From an uncultured Lentimicrobiaceae bacterium (GTDB lineage Bacteria > Bacteroidota > Bacteroidia > Bacteroidales > JAGNHN01), in assembly GCA_964590645.1 (NCBI GenBank), contig CAZPYJ010000004.1:19541-83540 (forward strand): DNA of 64,000 nt, written 5' to 3'. How positions within the stretch are numbered: position 1 is the first letter of the stretch; every line of letters begins with the position of its first letter. Under the pieces are notes generated by a model, which made no database searches, was not told where the DNA came from, and worked only from the letters and a program-made list of their open reading frames with translations. Below are positions 20,969-30,802 of this stretch, one piece after another. The position numbers were made by a program, and so were the translations under genes.

Positions 20969-22438
20969 TTACAAAGGTTTAACCAAAATCCTGGGTTCCA
21001 GCATCTCCATCATTGCATAGCGCACCCCTTCTCTGCCCAGGCCGGAATCTTTCACGCCCCCATAGGGCATATTGTCCACGCGGAAAGTAGGGGCATCGTT
21101 GAGGATCACCCCGCCCACCTCCAGCTCGTTGAAGGCCTTATCCATCTCCTCAATATTCTGTGTGAATACGCCTGCCTGCAAGCCGTATCGGCTGTTGTTG
21201 AGGGCTTCCAGGGCGGCATCAAAATCGCTGAACTTCTCCAGCACCACCACGGGGCCAAACACCTCCAGTGCGCACACCTTCATCCGTGGCCGGGTATCGG
21301 TGAGGAGCGTTGGCTCCATATACGCGCCTTTTCTTGTGCCTCCGCACAAAATTTTCGCTCCCTGCTGCACCGCTTCTGACACCCAGCTCTCTACCCGTTC
21401 AGCATTGTCTTCATCAATCATTACCGAGATATCTGTATCCATTTCCTGTGGCGAGCCGTAACGCAGGTTCCGGGTACCCTCCAGCAAGGCCTGGCTGAAA
21501 GCCTCAAAGCGGCTTTCGTGCACATATATACGCTGTGTGTGGATGCATACCTGGCCGGAATAGGCAAAACCGCCATTCAGGCATTTGGATACCGCCAGGG
21601 GAATGTCTGCACTCTCGCTGACTATGACGCCTGCATTGCCCCCCAGCTCCAGGATGACTTTCTTCTTTCCTGCCTGCGCTTTCATTTTCCAACCCACCTC
21701 CGGTGAGCCGGTAAAGCTGAGCACAGCGATGCGGGGGTCTTCCACCAGCATATCTCCCTCTTTTCTCCGCATTGGCAAAACGCTCAGGGCACCTGCCGGC
21801 AGACCTGCTTCTGCAGCAATACCAGCCAGCATCAGGGCGGTCATTGGTGTGGAGGAAGAAGGTTTCAGTATAATGGGGCATCCGGCGGCCAGGGCCGGGG
21901 CGATTTTATGGGCCACCAGGTTGATGGGAAAATTAAAAGGGCTGATGCCGGCCACGATGCCGGAGGGGAAGTATTTCACCCAGCCTTCTTTTCCCTCCGC
22001 CGCAGGGGTACGGTCGAGCCGCAGATATTCCCCCGGAGCCCGCAGGCACTCCTGCACCGCAATTCGAAAGGTGTCCTCCGCCCGGTCCACTTCTCCCAGG
22101 GCATAGCGCAAGGGCTTGCCACTTTCCAGGCTGATCATCCCGGCCAGGGATTCCCGCTCTATATGAATGCCGTTGGCTATTTTTTCCAGCCATCCTGCAC
22201 GGATATGCAGGGGCGTTTGGGCGATCACTTTCAGGGCCGTAGCAGCCGCTATTATACATTCATCCACCATCTCAGGGCCGGCCAGCCAGGTCTTTCCCAC
22301 TTCGCGCTGATCCCAGGGGCTTCGTACTACCCACTCCTCTCCTTCTTCCCTGAAACGGCCTGCTGCAAACAATCCGGAAATTCTCATACCAAATTTTTTT
22401 CTCGTTTGCTCAAAGGTAAGAATATCCGGGGGAGTCAA
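20969..22438 (-). CDS. NAD(P)-dependent aldehyde dehydrogenase
   Basis: FTGSPEVG, ELGGNA and GQVCI catalytic motifs. The start could instead be the internal MRISG at 22387. Confidence 0.85.
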   Translation of the reverse strand: MTPPDILTFEQTRKKFGMRISGLFAAGRFREEGEEWVVRSPWDQREVGKTWLAGPEMVDECIIAAATALKVIAQTPLHIRAGWLEKIANGIHIERESLAGMISLESGKPLRYALGEVDRAEDTFRIAVQECLRAPGEYLRLDRTPAAEGKEGWVKYFPSGIVAGISPFNFPINLVAHKIAPALAAGCPIILKPSSSTPMTALMLAGIAAEAGLPAGALSVLPMRRKEGDMLVEDPRIAVLSFTGSPEVGWKMKAQAGKKKVILELGGNAGVIVSESADIPLAVSKCLNGGFAYSGQVCIHTQRIYVHESRFEAFSQALLEGTRNLRYGSPQEMDTDISVMIDEDNAERVESWVSEAVQQGAKILCGGTRKGAYMEPTLLTDTRPRMKVCALEVFGPVVVLEKFSDFDAALEALNNSRYGLQAGVFTQNIEEMDKAFNELEVGGVILNDAPTFRVDNMPYGGVKDSGLGREGVRYAMMEMLEPRILVKPL

Positions 22439-22467
22439 AAGAAGCCTTCTCTGCCTACCTTTGCGCG

Positions 22468-23346
22468 ATGCCCCGCAACGAAAAGATCATCGCCTGGATT
22501 ACCCTTTTCTCCCTGATGCTCATCTGGGGCAGCTCCTTCATTCTGATCAAGAAAGCGCTCTTGTATTTTTCTGCGGTCGAAGTGGGCCTGCTGCGCATCG
22601 TGGCAGCCTGGCTGTTCCTGCTGCCCTGGGCTGTGCGTCAACTGAAAGGACTGAAGCGGAGGCAATGGTTTTATCTGGTGCTGGTGGGGATGGTGGGAAG
22701 TGCGGCTCCGGCCTATCTCTTCCCCAAAGCCCAGACAGGCATCGACAGTGCGATGGCAGGCATCCTGAATTCCCTGACCCCGCTGTTTACTTTGTCGGTG
22801 GGTATGCTGATTTTTGGCACCCGGCCGGCGGTCTCAAAAATCATTGGGGTACTGATAGGACTTGCCGGAGCTGTAGGATTGATGAGTGTGAGCGGTGGGA
22901 AAGACCTGGCTTTCAATTTCTCTTACGCGATCTATATTCTCATCGCCACCCTTTGTTATGCCATCAATGCCAACATCGTCAAGCACCGGCTGGGCGATGT
23001 GAATCCGCTACGACTCACCGCCCTGGCCTTTTTCCTCATCGGTCCCCCTGCCCTGCTGTGGCTGGGACTGGATGCCGATTTCTCCGCCAAGCTCACCAGC
23101 CTTCCGGGTGCCGGGACCGGCCTTTTATATGTGGCCATCCTGGGGATGATTGGAACAGGGCTGGCCCTGATGTTTTTCAACCGCCTGATCCAGATGACCA
23201 GCCCGGTTTTTGCGTCTTCCGTCACCTACCTCATCCCTATTGTGGCAGTGCTGTGGGGCATTATCGATGGGGAGGTATTTCGCTTGAGTTATTTTCTCTG
23301 GATAGCGATGATTCTGGGCGGAGTGATGCTGGTGAACAAGAGATAG
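22468..23346 (+). CDS. EamA/DMT family transporter
   Basis: Ten-TM profile in two EamA-like halves. Length 292 aa. Confidence 0.8.
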   Translation: MPRNEKIIAWITLFSLMLIWGSSFILIKKALLYFSAVEVGLLRIVAAWLFLLPWAVRQLKGLKRRQWFYLVLVGMVGSAAPAYLFPKAQTGIDSAMAGILNSLTPLFTLSVGMLIFGTRPAVSKIIGVLIGLAGAVGLMSVSGGKDLAFNFSYAIYILIATLCYAINANIVKHRLGDVNPLRLTALAFFLIGPPALLWLGLDADFSAKLTSLPGAGTGLLYVAILGMIGTGLALMFFNRLIQMTSPVFASSVTYLIPIVAVLWGIIDGEVFRLSYFLWIAMILGGVMLVNKR

Positions 23347-23389
23347 GGGATTGGGCAATCAAGTGGCAGAGGTGCAAATCCAGCAAAGA

Positions 23390-23611
23390 TTATTTATCCT
23401 CTGGCAGGGATTCTTTCCCCTTTTCAGTAGGAGGCTCTTCCTCATTGAGGCCGCTTTTATAACTCCTGATGCCTTTACCCAGTCCTCGCATCAGCTCGGG
23501 AATTTTTCTGCCGCCAAAAAGCAGCAGCACTACGATGGCGATCACGATGATCTCTGTCTGGCCGAACCAACCAAGAAGTACGAAGGGGGTCATAGTCATT
23601 GATTTTGTCAA
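23390..23611 (-). CDS. tatA: twin-arginine translocase TatA/E subunit
   Basis: Single TM helix followed by an amphipathic helix: GQTEIIVIAIVVLLLFGGRKIPELMRGLGKGIRSYK. The true start is probably one of the internal Met codons at 23599/23593. Confidence 0.85.
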   Translation of the reverse strand: MTKSMTMTPFVLLGWFGQTEIIVIAIVVLLLFGGRKIPELMRGLGKGIRSYKSGLNEEEPPTEKGKESLPEDK

Positions 23612-23650
23612 AGATATAAAAATCAGGACAGGGTAGTAAAATGTTTCATT

Positions 23651-24862
23651 TCAGGTTTTCAGAAAGAGACAGGCATCCCCATAGCTGAGAAAACGGAAGC
23701 CATTCCGGAGAGCATAGTCGTAGGCAATTCGCCAGTTTTGCCCGGTAAAGGCGGCAACCAGCATCAGCAATGTGCTCCCGGGTTGATGGAAATTGGTGAT
23801 CATTGCATCTGTGACCTTGAAGGAATAGCCTGGTACGATGATCAGCTGGGTGGAGGCCTGCAATATGCGGGTATCCTTTTCTTCCATATAGTCTGTCAGG
23901 GCTGAGAGGGCTTCTTCTCTGGATGGTTGATGGCGCATTTCATAGGCTTCCCATTGTGAGAGGTGATGCATATCGTTTTGCCTTTTGAGATGCTTGGCTC
24001 CAAGCCAGTAGAGTGTTTCCAGGGTTCTGACACTGGTTGTGCCAACTGCGCTCACAGATCCCGGATGTGCAGCAAGCTGCCGTATCAAGTCGATGTGAAC
24101 CCTGATCTGCTCCTGGTGCATTTCGTGTCCGCCTATGGTAGGGGTACTGAGCGGACGAAAAGTGCCTGCCCCCACGTGAAGGGTAAGCCTTCCGGTCTGG
24201 TGTCCGTCCTTTTCCAGGCTATGCATCAGTTCGGGAGTAAAGTGCAGGCCGGCGGTAGGGGCCGCCACCGATCCCTCATTGTCCGCATAAACGGTTTGAT
24301 AGCGCACTTTATCCTCCTCTTCTGCTTCTCTGGGGATATAGGGAGGCAGGGGTACTTTCCCGCAGGCTTCCAGTACCTGGGCAAATGAAAGGCCGGCAGG
24401 TGTCCATCGGAAATCAATCAATGAATGCGCTTTTTCCTGTGCGATTCGCCCGGCATAGAGCATTCCGGCAATACGACCTGATTTGAAAGGCATTTCAAGC
24501 AAGCCTGATTTCCACCGGCGTGATTGGCCTACCAGGCATTTCCATTCAGCCCTTTCCTGCTGCTCAAAGGCCATTTGGATATCCTTGTGCTTTCCGGCCG
24601 GCTCAAGCAGGAATACTTCGATGCGTGAGCCTGATGCTTTCTGAAAGTGCAAACGCGCCTGAACAACCCGGGTATCATTGAACACCACCAGGCTTTCAGC
24701 CGGGAGATGAGCGCTTATTTCGGAAAAGGAAGCCTCGCTGATTTCCTCGCCCCGGCTGACCAACAGACGCGATTGCTCCCGCTTCTCCAACGGATAGGCC
24801 GCAATGCGGCAAGCAGGGAGCTCATATTGGTAATCGGATGCGGGAATGTTTCGGGGTATCAT
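23651..24862 (-). CDS. queA: S-adenosylmethionine:tRNA ribosyltransferase-isomerase
   Basis: YQYELPACRIAAYPLEKREQSRLLV N-terminus, AGLHFT and GTTSVRTLE. Length 403 aa. Confidence 0.9.
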   Translation of the reverse strand: MIPRNIPASDYQYELPACRIAAYPLEKREQSRLLVSRGEEISEASFSEISAHLPAESLVVFNDTRVVQARLHFQKASGSRIEVFLLEPAGKHKDIQMAFEQQERAEWKCLVGQSRRWKSGLLEMPFKSGRIAGMLYAGRIAQEKAHSLIDFRWTPAGLSFAQVLEACGKVPLPPYIPREAEEEDKVRYQTVYADNEGSVAAPTAGLHFTPELMHSLEKDGHQTGRLTLHVGAGTFRPLSTPTIGGHEMHQEQIRVHIDLIRQLAAHPGSVSAVGTTSVRTLETLYWLGAKHLKRQNDMHHLSQWEAYEMRHQPSREEALSALTDYMEEKDTRILQASTQLIIVPGYSFKVTDAMITNFHQPGSTLLMLVAAFTGQNWRIAYDYALRNGFRFLSYGDACLFLKT

Positions 24863-24877
24863 TGCAAGCCTGAAAGA

Positions 24878-25144
24878 TCAGCTGCCAAAGATATCGGATA
24901 TATCAATTTCTTTTTCGTAAAGATGAATGACCTCCTCCAGCACTACGGCCTCCACCTTGTCAATACGGTTGTGATGAGGACGATACCATACTTCCACAAA
25001 CAAAGGACCCAGTTGAAATAGCTTGATCGTGTAATACAGGTAGATCCGGGCCATTATCTCCTGGCCCTCCTCAAAAGTCAACCTGACTTTCTCCTTTGCC
25101 GGAATCTGGTTAAATGTATCGCGGGTCCATTCCATCCTTAACAA
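24878..25144 (-). CDS. hypothetical small protein (88 aa)
   Basis: Track ORF packed 13 nt after the upstream gene and 15 nt before queA. No recognised motifs. Confidence 0.45.
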   Translation of the reverse strand: MLRMEWTRDTFNQIPAKEKVRLTFEEGQEIMARIYLYYTIKLFQLGPLFVEVWYRPHHNRIDKVEAVVLEEVIHLYEKEIDISDIFGS

Positions 25145-25157
25145 ATGAGATATTCTT

Positions 25158-25886
25158 TTACTCGGGGACTACCCTGCGCAGTTCTGAACGAAAGCGGTCG
25201 CGGAGGTATTTAAGCTGTTCCAGTTGGATTTCTTCAGAATAAATGCGGATGAAATCCACCAGGCCTGGTTTTCTGTACATCGACCCGATGGCAGCCACAA
25301 AATGCTTGAAATCATAATTGTTCCTGATATTCTCGTAGATCATTTCAAAATCAGCCCACTCCGGCTCCCTGGCTACCTCCAGATAATAGCTGTTGGCCTG
25401 GTCATTATCCTGAAAAATACCTTCATCCAGGACATTCATTACAAAGTACTTTCTCACCTTGATCAGGGTGGCGAATTCCTTGATTTGCCTGGGTCTGGCA
25501 AAAACCAGACCAGCAGAGGCATAGTGCCGGATGAGGACGGCAAGTTCATCCAGCTCATCCATCTTCAGGCGAATGCAAAAGGCTCTTTCGTTCATCACCG
25601 TGAGTTGGCCAAGGATGGCATCAAAATGCAGCGCCGGATGCTCCTTTTTGATCTTCTGTGTGATGCGGATAAACTCGTCTTCGTTGGGCTCATAGAAGGA
25701 GCGGATAACCACAAAAACGGAGCGAGGGATCAGCTCCCTCCGGTTTCGGGGAAGATTAAACATATCATAGTAACCGGAAAAGGGGGCCATATCTTCCAGT
25801 ACCAATGCGGGTAAGGATTCCTTAAACTTAAGGGTGGCCAGGGTTTCCTTTTTCAGGATGTATCCCAGGGCTTCTATTCTTTCCAT
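25158..25886 (-). CDS. hypothetical cytoplasmic protein (242 aa) with an internal two-fold repeat
   Basis: No signal peptide or TM helix. Two halves share a pattern (EPNEDEFIRITQKI...HFDAILG...IRLKMDELDEL and EPEWADFEMIYENI...HFVAAIG...IRIYSEEIQLEQL). Confidence 0.55.
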   Translation of the reverse strand: MERIEALGYILKKETLATLKFKESLPALVLEDMAPFSGYYDMFNLPRNRRELIPRSVFVVIRSFYEPNEDEFIRITQKIKKEHPALHFDAILGQLTVMNERAFCIRLKMDELDELAVLIRHYASAGLVFARPRQIKEFATLIKVRKYFVMNVLDEGIFQDNDQANSYYLEVAREPEWADFEMIYENIRNNYDFKHFVAAIGSMYRKPGLVDFIRIYSEEIQLEQLKYLRDRFRSELRRVVPE

Positions 25887-25964
25887 CGGATGATTAAATA
25901 AAGTGAATGAAACATTTCATATATCAATACAAATATATGTTTATTCGGGCAAGGATAAAAATTT

Positions 25965-27260
25965 CTACCACAGTCTGGGCTGGTAGGTGAGCATCACCCA
26001 GGTCCACCAGCTTAGCCGGCTTGTCCCTTTATCCAGGCCTTTCAGTGCTTCCATCGTCTCTGTGGGGAAGAAGAGAGAGGCACCGGCCTGCAGCCTGATC
26101 CCCTGGGCAAAGTGTTGGGTGTACATCAGGTCGGCTTCGGTACCAAGAAAGGCGGTTTGGCTTTGATCCATTCCCGGAATGCTTTTTTGGGCAGTCCGGA
26201 AAAGATGCAACAGAAAGCGCAGGTCATTTTCTTTGCCAAGCGCATATTTGACAAAAGGGTACACATCGATCAGCCCGGCTGAACCTGTGGCAGCGTCCAG
26301 GTTCGCAAACTGATTCATATAGCCATTAAATTTGAACCGGGCCCCATAGAGCAGGTCGAAGCTGTGGTCTTTATCAAGGTAATCCGCTTCGGTGCGGCTC
26401 CCGTCGTTCCCGGACAGGAGATCTGCACCCACTCCTGCCTGCCAGCGTCCCAGGGCGTAGCTGCCACTGAATGTTGCCATCCAGGCCTCTACCCTCCGAC
26501 CGTGAATGTTTCTGCCAAACTGTCCGAAAAGGTTGGCATTCAGTGCCATTAGTTCCTTTTTGTGAGCCAGGTGAAATCCGCTGGTTCCGCTGACATAGAG
26601 GACATTTTCGAAACGTGGACTTTGGTAGCCGCTCGTAATCATAGAGTAGGAGAGGCGGGTGTTGGCACACAGGGCACGGCGGATCCACAAATAATTCAGC
26701 ATTCTTATTCTGTTCTTGTCGCTGTAATACTCGTCTACTCCCGAGGGAGTACCTGTAACAGTGCTGTTTTTGTTGTTATAGGAAAGCACGGCCTCCGTTT
26801 CCCATTGCGCATCCGTACGACGGTAGCGCAATGCATCATAAGCTTGTCCGTATTGGTTCCAGTTGCGTTCTGCAATCAGGCGTTCGTCATCCAGAGACAG
26901 GATTTGCCGGCCCAGTCTCAGGTGGGCTTTATCAGTGAGTTTCATCTCCATCCAGGCCTCGAAAACATCCAGAGCCTGATTGGCCCAGGCACCGGTAGCG
27001 GTGTAAAAAGTCTCACCCCCCCAGGCACGGATATCCTGTATGTTCAAACGCATACTCACCTGGTCTTTGCCGTAGCTGAAGCCCAGACGGCTTCTTTGGC
27101 TTACCCCTGCCAGAAAATCAGTTTCCGGTCCGGCTATGAGCAGATACCCCTGGTTTATTTCTGCCCGCATCCTGAGCTGGGCATCCACTGAAAATTGTGC
27201 CTTAAGTTGGATCGAATTGCAGAAGAAGGCGAGGCAGAAAAATGCGATATAGTATCTCAT
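25965..27260 (-). CDS. outer-membrane beta-barrel, alginate-export-like porin (431 aa from ATG at 27260)
   Basis: Signal peptide MRYYIAFFCLAFFCNSIQLKAQ at the internal start. LRLGRQILSLDDERLIAERNWNQYGQAYDALRYR resembles the alginate-export family. Ends in aromatic ...LTYQPRLW. Confidence 0.6.
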   Translation of the reverse strand: MRYYIAFFCLAFFCNSIQLKAQFSVDAQLRMRAEINQGYLLIAGPETDFLAGVSQRSRLGFSYGKDQVSMRLNIQDIRAWGGETFYTATGAWANQALDVFEAWMEMKLTDKAHLRLGRQILSLDDERLIAERNWNQYGQAYDALRYRRTDAQWETEAVLSYNNKNSTVTGTPSGVDEYYSDKNRIRMLNYLWIRRALCANTRLSYSMITSGYQSPRFENVLYVSGTSGFHLAHKKELMALNANLFGQFGRNIHGRRVEAWMATFSGSYALGRWQAGVGADLLSGNDGSRTEADYLDKDHSFDLLYGARFKFNGYMNQFANLDAATGSAGLIDVYPFVKYALGKENDLRFLLHLFRTAQKSIPGMDQSQTAFLGTEADLMYTQHFAQGIRLQAGASLFFPTETMEALKGLDKGTSRLSWWTWVMLTYQPRLW

Positions 27261-27330
27261 TTTGATAGGGTTTTGGATGAGAGATAGACAAAGATAGCAG
27301 TTCAGCGTTTTATTCCTACCTTGCCGGGCA

Positions 27331-28059
27331 ATGATGAAGCTTTTGAGATTCCTGCCGAATGCCGCCACCCTGGCCAACCTCGCTGCCGGTGTGAGCGGCT
27401 TGTATTTCCTGTCCAAAGGTGAACTGATCTATGCCTCCTGGATGATCTTGCTCGGAGCTTTATTGGATGTCGTGGATGGCTTGCTGGCCCGTGTGTTGGA
27501 TGCGGCTTCACCCATTGGAAAGGACCTGGACTCGCTGGCCGATCTGGTCAGTTTCGGGATATTACCGGCGGCGATTATGGCCTGGTTTGCACAGGAGGCC
27601 GGCAGTATTGGCATCATTGTGTGGCTGGTTTTCCTTCTGCCACCCCTGGCTGCAGCCTGGCGACTGGCCCGCTTCAACAATGATCCCGGGCAACACGAAC
27701 TTTTTCTTGGCCTTCCGGCGCCTGCAGCAGGCCTCTTTCTGGGCAGCTGGCCCCTGGGCCTGGCCTATGGCTCAGGGCTTGCACTCAGGCTGATGGATTA
27801 TGCTGTCCGGTCTCCCCTGATCATATCCCTTCTAATTATCCTGATAGCGCTTCTGATGATTTCCCGGCTTCCCTTGTTGAGCTTCAAAATGAAGAGCCTG
27901 CAAGACCGCAGGATGTCTGTTTTGCTCGCATTATTGGTATTGACAGCAGCCTTGATCTTAGTCAGCGGGATGGCTGCCATACCCTTTGTGGTATTGCTCT
28001 ATCTCATTTTTTCACTGGTCATAGCAGCAGGGAAAAGACAGAAAACGCATCATCCCTGA
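27331..28059 (+). CDS. pssA: CDP-diacylglycerol--serine O-phosphatidyltransferase (CDP-alcohol phosphatidyltransferase family)
   Basis: DVVDGLLAR...G..LDSLADLVSFG is the D-x2-D-G-x2-A-R...G-x3-D-x3-D motif. Multi-TM, 242 aa. Confidence 0.8.
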   Translation: MMKLLRFLPNAATLANLAAGVSGLYFLSKGELIYASWMILLGALLDVVDGLLARVLDAASPIGKDLDSLADLVSFGILPAAIMAWFAQEAGSIGIIVWLVFLLPPLAAAWRLARFNNDPGQHELFLGLPAPAAGLFLGSWPLGLAYGSGLALRLMDYAVRSPLIISLLIILIALLMISRLPLLSFKMKSLQDRRMSVLLALLVLTAALILVSGMAAIPFVVLLYLIFSLVIAAGKRQKTHHP

Positions 28060-28141
28060 ATATCCATAGCAAGGCTGTAAGCCGCACATCATAATTCCAC
28101 CAGCTTCTGAAGGGAATTGAACTCTATCCAAAACAAAGAAT

Positions 28142-28149
28142 TATCTTTG
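28142..28149 (+). promoter_or_regulatory. Bacteroidota -7 box (TAnnTTTG) for pruA
   Basis: TATCTTTG, 34 nt upstream of the ATG at 28184. Confidence 0.5.
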
Positions 28150-28183
28150 CGCTGTTATTACATTCACACTAATTCACCATACG

Positions 28184-29815
28184 ATGAACAATGCAATTTT
28201 CAGTTATGACCTTCCCGGCAATGAACCGGTAAAATCCTATCTGCCCGGCTCTCCTGAGCGGGTAGCACTGAGGACAGAGTTGAACCGCCTTAGTGCCGAG
28301 GTTTTTGATATTCCCCTGATCATTGGAGGAAAGGAAATCCGGACAGGCGATACCGGAAAGGTCGTGATGCCCCACCGGCATTCCCACGTCCTGGCACATT
28401 ACCACAAGGCCTCTCCCAAAGAGGTACAGATGGCCATTGAGGCTGCGGATAAGGCCCGCAAGGCTTGGGCAGATACGCCCTGGGTGGAGAGAATGTCGGT
28501 CACCCTCAGGGCGGCCGAATTGCTGGCAACGAAGTACAGGGCGCTGATCAATGCTTCCACAATGTTGGGGCAAAGCAAGAATCCTTTCCAGGCAGAGATT
28601 GATGCGGCTGCAGAAACCATCGACTTTCTCCGCTTCAATGCCCATTTTATGGGAATGATCTATGCCGATCAGCCCATTTCCGATATCGGCATTATGAACA
28701 GGGTGGAATACCGGGCCCTGGAAGGCTTTATCTTTGCAGTGACTCCCTTTAACTTCACCTCCATTGCGGCCAACCTGAATATGTCTCCGGCGCTGATGGG
28801 AAATACTACGATTTGGAAACCGGCCACTACCGCCTTGTTCTCTAATTATTTTATGATGAAGATCTTCCAGGAAGCCGGACTGCCTGATGGGGTGATCAAT
28901 TTTGTGCCGGGCAAAGGTTCCGTCATTGGGAATGGACTATTTGGTGCTCCCAGTTTTGGCGGCATTCACTTCACCGGCTCCAATGCCACCTTTAACCAGC
29001 TTTGGAAATCGGCTGCCGATAACCTGCCTAAATACAAGGCATATCCTAAAATTGTAGGGGAAACAGGGGGCAAGGATTTCATCTTTGTCCATCCCTCTGC
29101 CGGAGTGGATGAAGTAGCCACTGCCATCGTACGCGGCGCTTTTGAATATCAGGGGCAGAAGTGTTCGGCTGCCTCCCGTGCTTATATCCCGAAGAGTTTA
29201 TGGAATGATATTAAGGAAAGAATGGGAGGGATGCTCTCTGAGGTCAGAATGGGCGATCCGGTGGATTTCACCAACTTCTTCAATGCCGTGATTGATGAAG
29301 CCAGCTTTGATAATATTGCCGATTACATTGGAAAGGCTAAGGCTTCCGCCGATGTGGATGTGATCTTTGGCGGCACTTGCGACAAATCGGAAGGCTATTT
29401 CATTGAGCCGACTGTCCTGCTCACCCGCGATCCGCATTTTGTTACGATGGAAGAGGAGCTTTTCGGCCCTGTCATCACCATCTTTGTTTATGAAGATCAG
29501 AAGTTCGAAGAAACCCTCGAAATCTGCGACCACACTTCTCCTTATGCGTTGACGGGCGCCATCTTTGCCAACGAGCGTTATGCTGCCATCAAAGCGATGG
29601 ACCTCCTTCGTCATTCTGCCGGAAACTTCTATATCAATGACAAACCTACCGGTGCTGTCGTTGGTCAACAGCCCTTTGGAGGCAGCCGTCAGTCGGGAAC
29701 CAACGACAAGGCGGGAAGCTATCTGAACCTTATCCGTTGGGTTTCTCCCCGCACCATTAAAGAGAACTTCGTGCCACCTACCGACTTCAAATACCCCTTT
29801 ATGCAGGCGGATTGA
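28184..29815 (+). CDS. pruA: L-glutamate gamma-semialdehyde (1-pyrroline-5-carboxylate) dehydrogenase
   Basis: ETGGKDFIFV, FEYQGQKCSAASR and FTGS motifs. The length (543 aa) is typical of PruA/RocA. Confidence 0.88.
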   Translation: MNNAIFSYDLPGNEPVKSYLPGSPERVALRTELNRLSAEVFDIPLIIGGKEIRTGDTGKVVMPHRHSHVLAHYHKASPKEVQMAIEAADKARKAWADTPWVERMSVTLRAAELLATKYRALINASTMLGQSKNPFQAEIDAAAETIDFLRFNAHFMGMIYADQPISDIGIMNRVEYRALEGFIFAVTPFNFTSIAANLNMSPALMGNTTIWKPATTALFSNYFMMKIFQEAGLPDGVINFVPGKGSVIGNGLFGAPSFGGIHFTGSNATFNQLWKSAADNLPKYKAYPKIVGETGGKDFIFVHPSAGVDEVATAIVRGAFEYQGQKCSAASRAYIPKSLWNDIKERMGGMLSEVRMGDPVDFTNFFNAVIDEASFDNIADYIGKAKASADVDVIFGGTCDKSEGYFIEPTVLLTRDPHFVTMEEELFGPVITIFVYEDQKFEETLEICDHTSPYALTGAIFANERYAAIKAMDLLRHSAGNFYINDKPTGAVVGQQPFGGSRQSGTNDKAGSYLNLIRWVSPRTIKENFVPPTDFKYPFMQAD

Positions 29816-29846
29816 GTTGAATTTCACTGATATATATCAATAAAAT

Positions 29847-29880
29847 AAAGGACGGCTAAGGCTGTCCTTTTCTTTATTTC
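29847..29880 (+). terminator. rho-independent terminator after pruA
   Basis: AAAGGACGGC-taag-GCTGTCCTTT stem followed by a T-rich tract, TCTTTATTTC. Confidence 0.7.
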
Positions 29881-29922
29881 GGGATTACTATTCAGTAATT
29901 TTATCGGCACTATTCTAAGCCT

Positions 29923-30801
29923 ATGGAAGCGATCGGGGAAAGTGATTTTTACAAGCGGGTAGTGTTGCGCCTGAAAGAGCGGGAAAAGGAACTGCATTGT
30001 ATTTATAAAGTGGAAGAAGTACTGAGGGGCAATGGGCGTCCTTTGGATGAGATATTCAGGGAGGTGTTGCGTGTTATTCCTTCGGGCTGGCAGCATCCGA
30101 CTCTGTGTGAGGCCAGGATTATCTTTGAAGGAAAAGTTATCCGGACGGATGATTTCCGGGAAACCGAATGGATGCTGCAGGCAGATATCGTATTGGATGA
30201 TAATGTAGCCGGGCGCCTCGATCTGGTTTATACTCAAAGGGTGGCCGGAGAGCATCAGCTTGTTTTCCTTCCTGAAGAGCAAAAATTATTGAATACCATC
30301 GCAGAGAGCCTGAGCCATCATATCTTCATACAAAGATTAAGGGCCACCCTGAAAACCCTGCGCGGGCAGCCTTCCTCGAAAGCAGAAGCGCCACGCGAAA
30401 CCATCCTTTCCCCCGACTCCGACCTGCATTGGAAATGGCGTTCCCGTCAGGCCGAACTGATCACCAAACACCTCGACCTGGAAACATTCGGTGTGGAAGC
30501 CGTATATGTCATTGGAAGCACAAAAAATGCCACCGCCGGGCCCGAGTCGGATATTGATCTGCTGATCCATTTTAAGGGGGACAAGCAACAACGCAAATGC
30601 CTGGAGGCCTGGCTGGATGGCTGGAGCCTGTCGCTGGCTGAAATCAGCTTTCTGAATACCGGTTATCGCCCTAAAAGGGGATTACTCGATGTACACCTGA
30701 TCACCGATGAGGATATCCGGAAAAAAAGCAGTTATGCCGTGATGATCGGCGCAGTCGATAATGGCGCCCGCTTGCTGAAAGCACGCAATCCCCTTTCCTG
30801 A
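29923..30801 (+). CDS. sensor-like N-terminal domain fused to a minimal (Pol-beta superfamily) nucleotidyltransferase
   Basis: C-terminal VYVIGSTKNATAGPESDIDLLIHF (G-S...D-x-D) plus LLDVHLITDED. The N-terminal ~150 aa (ELHCIYKVEEVL...LDEIFREVLRVIPSGWQHPTLCEARIIFEG...FLPEEQKLLNTIAESL) resembles a module I know from N-termini of histidine kinases. Confidence 0.6.
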   Translation: MEAIGESDFYKRVVLRLKEREKELHCIYKVEEVLRGNGRPLDEIFREVLRVIPSGWQHPTLCEARIIFEGKVIRTDDFRETEWMLQADIVLDDNVAGRLDLVYTQRVAGEHQLVFLPEEQKLLNTIAESLSHHIFIQRLRATLKTLRGQPSSKAEAPRETILSPDSDLHWKWRSRQAELITKHLDLETFGVEAVYVIGSTKNATAGPESDIDLLIHFKGDKQQRKCLEAWLDGWSLSLAEISFLNTGYRPKRGLLDVHLITDEDIRKKSSYAVMIGAVDNGARLLKARNPLS

Positions 30802-30802
30802 T

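Noticed and set aside
22461-23462. 333-aa same-strand ORF overlapping the EamA transporter gene in another frame
   Set aside because: The Pro/Arg/Gly-rich translation is typical of an off-frame read-through of a membrane-protein gene. The EamA frame gives a coherent 10-TM protein.
25887-25964. AT-rich palindromes (ATGAAA-ca-TTTCAT; CATATAT-n8-ATATATG), considered as an invertible-promoter or mobile-element end
   Set aside because: There is no flanking long inverted repeat and no recombinase gene nearby. They are most simply an AT-rich terminator/promoter spacer between the porin gene and the next operon.
29923-30801. Considered an MNT-HEPN type VII toxin-antitoxin pair
   Set aside because: No HEPN (R-x4-6-H) partner is present. 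The neighbour is a metallophosphoesterase, and the NTase carries a large N-terminal domain atypical of MntA antitoxins.
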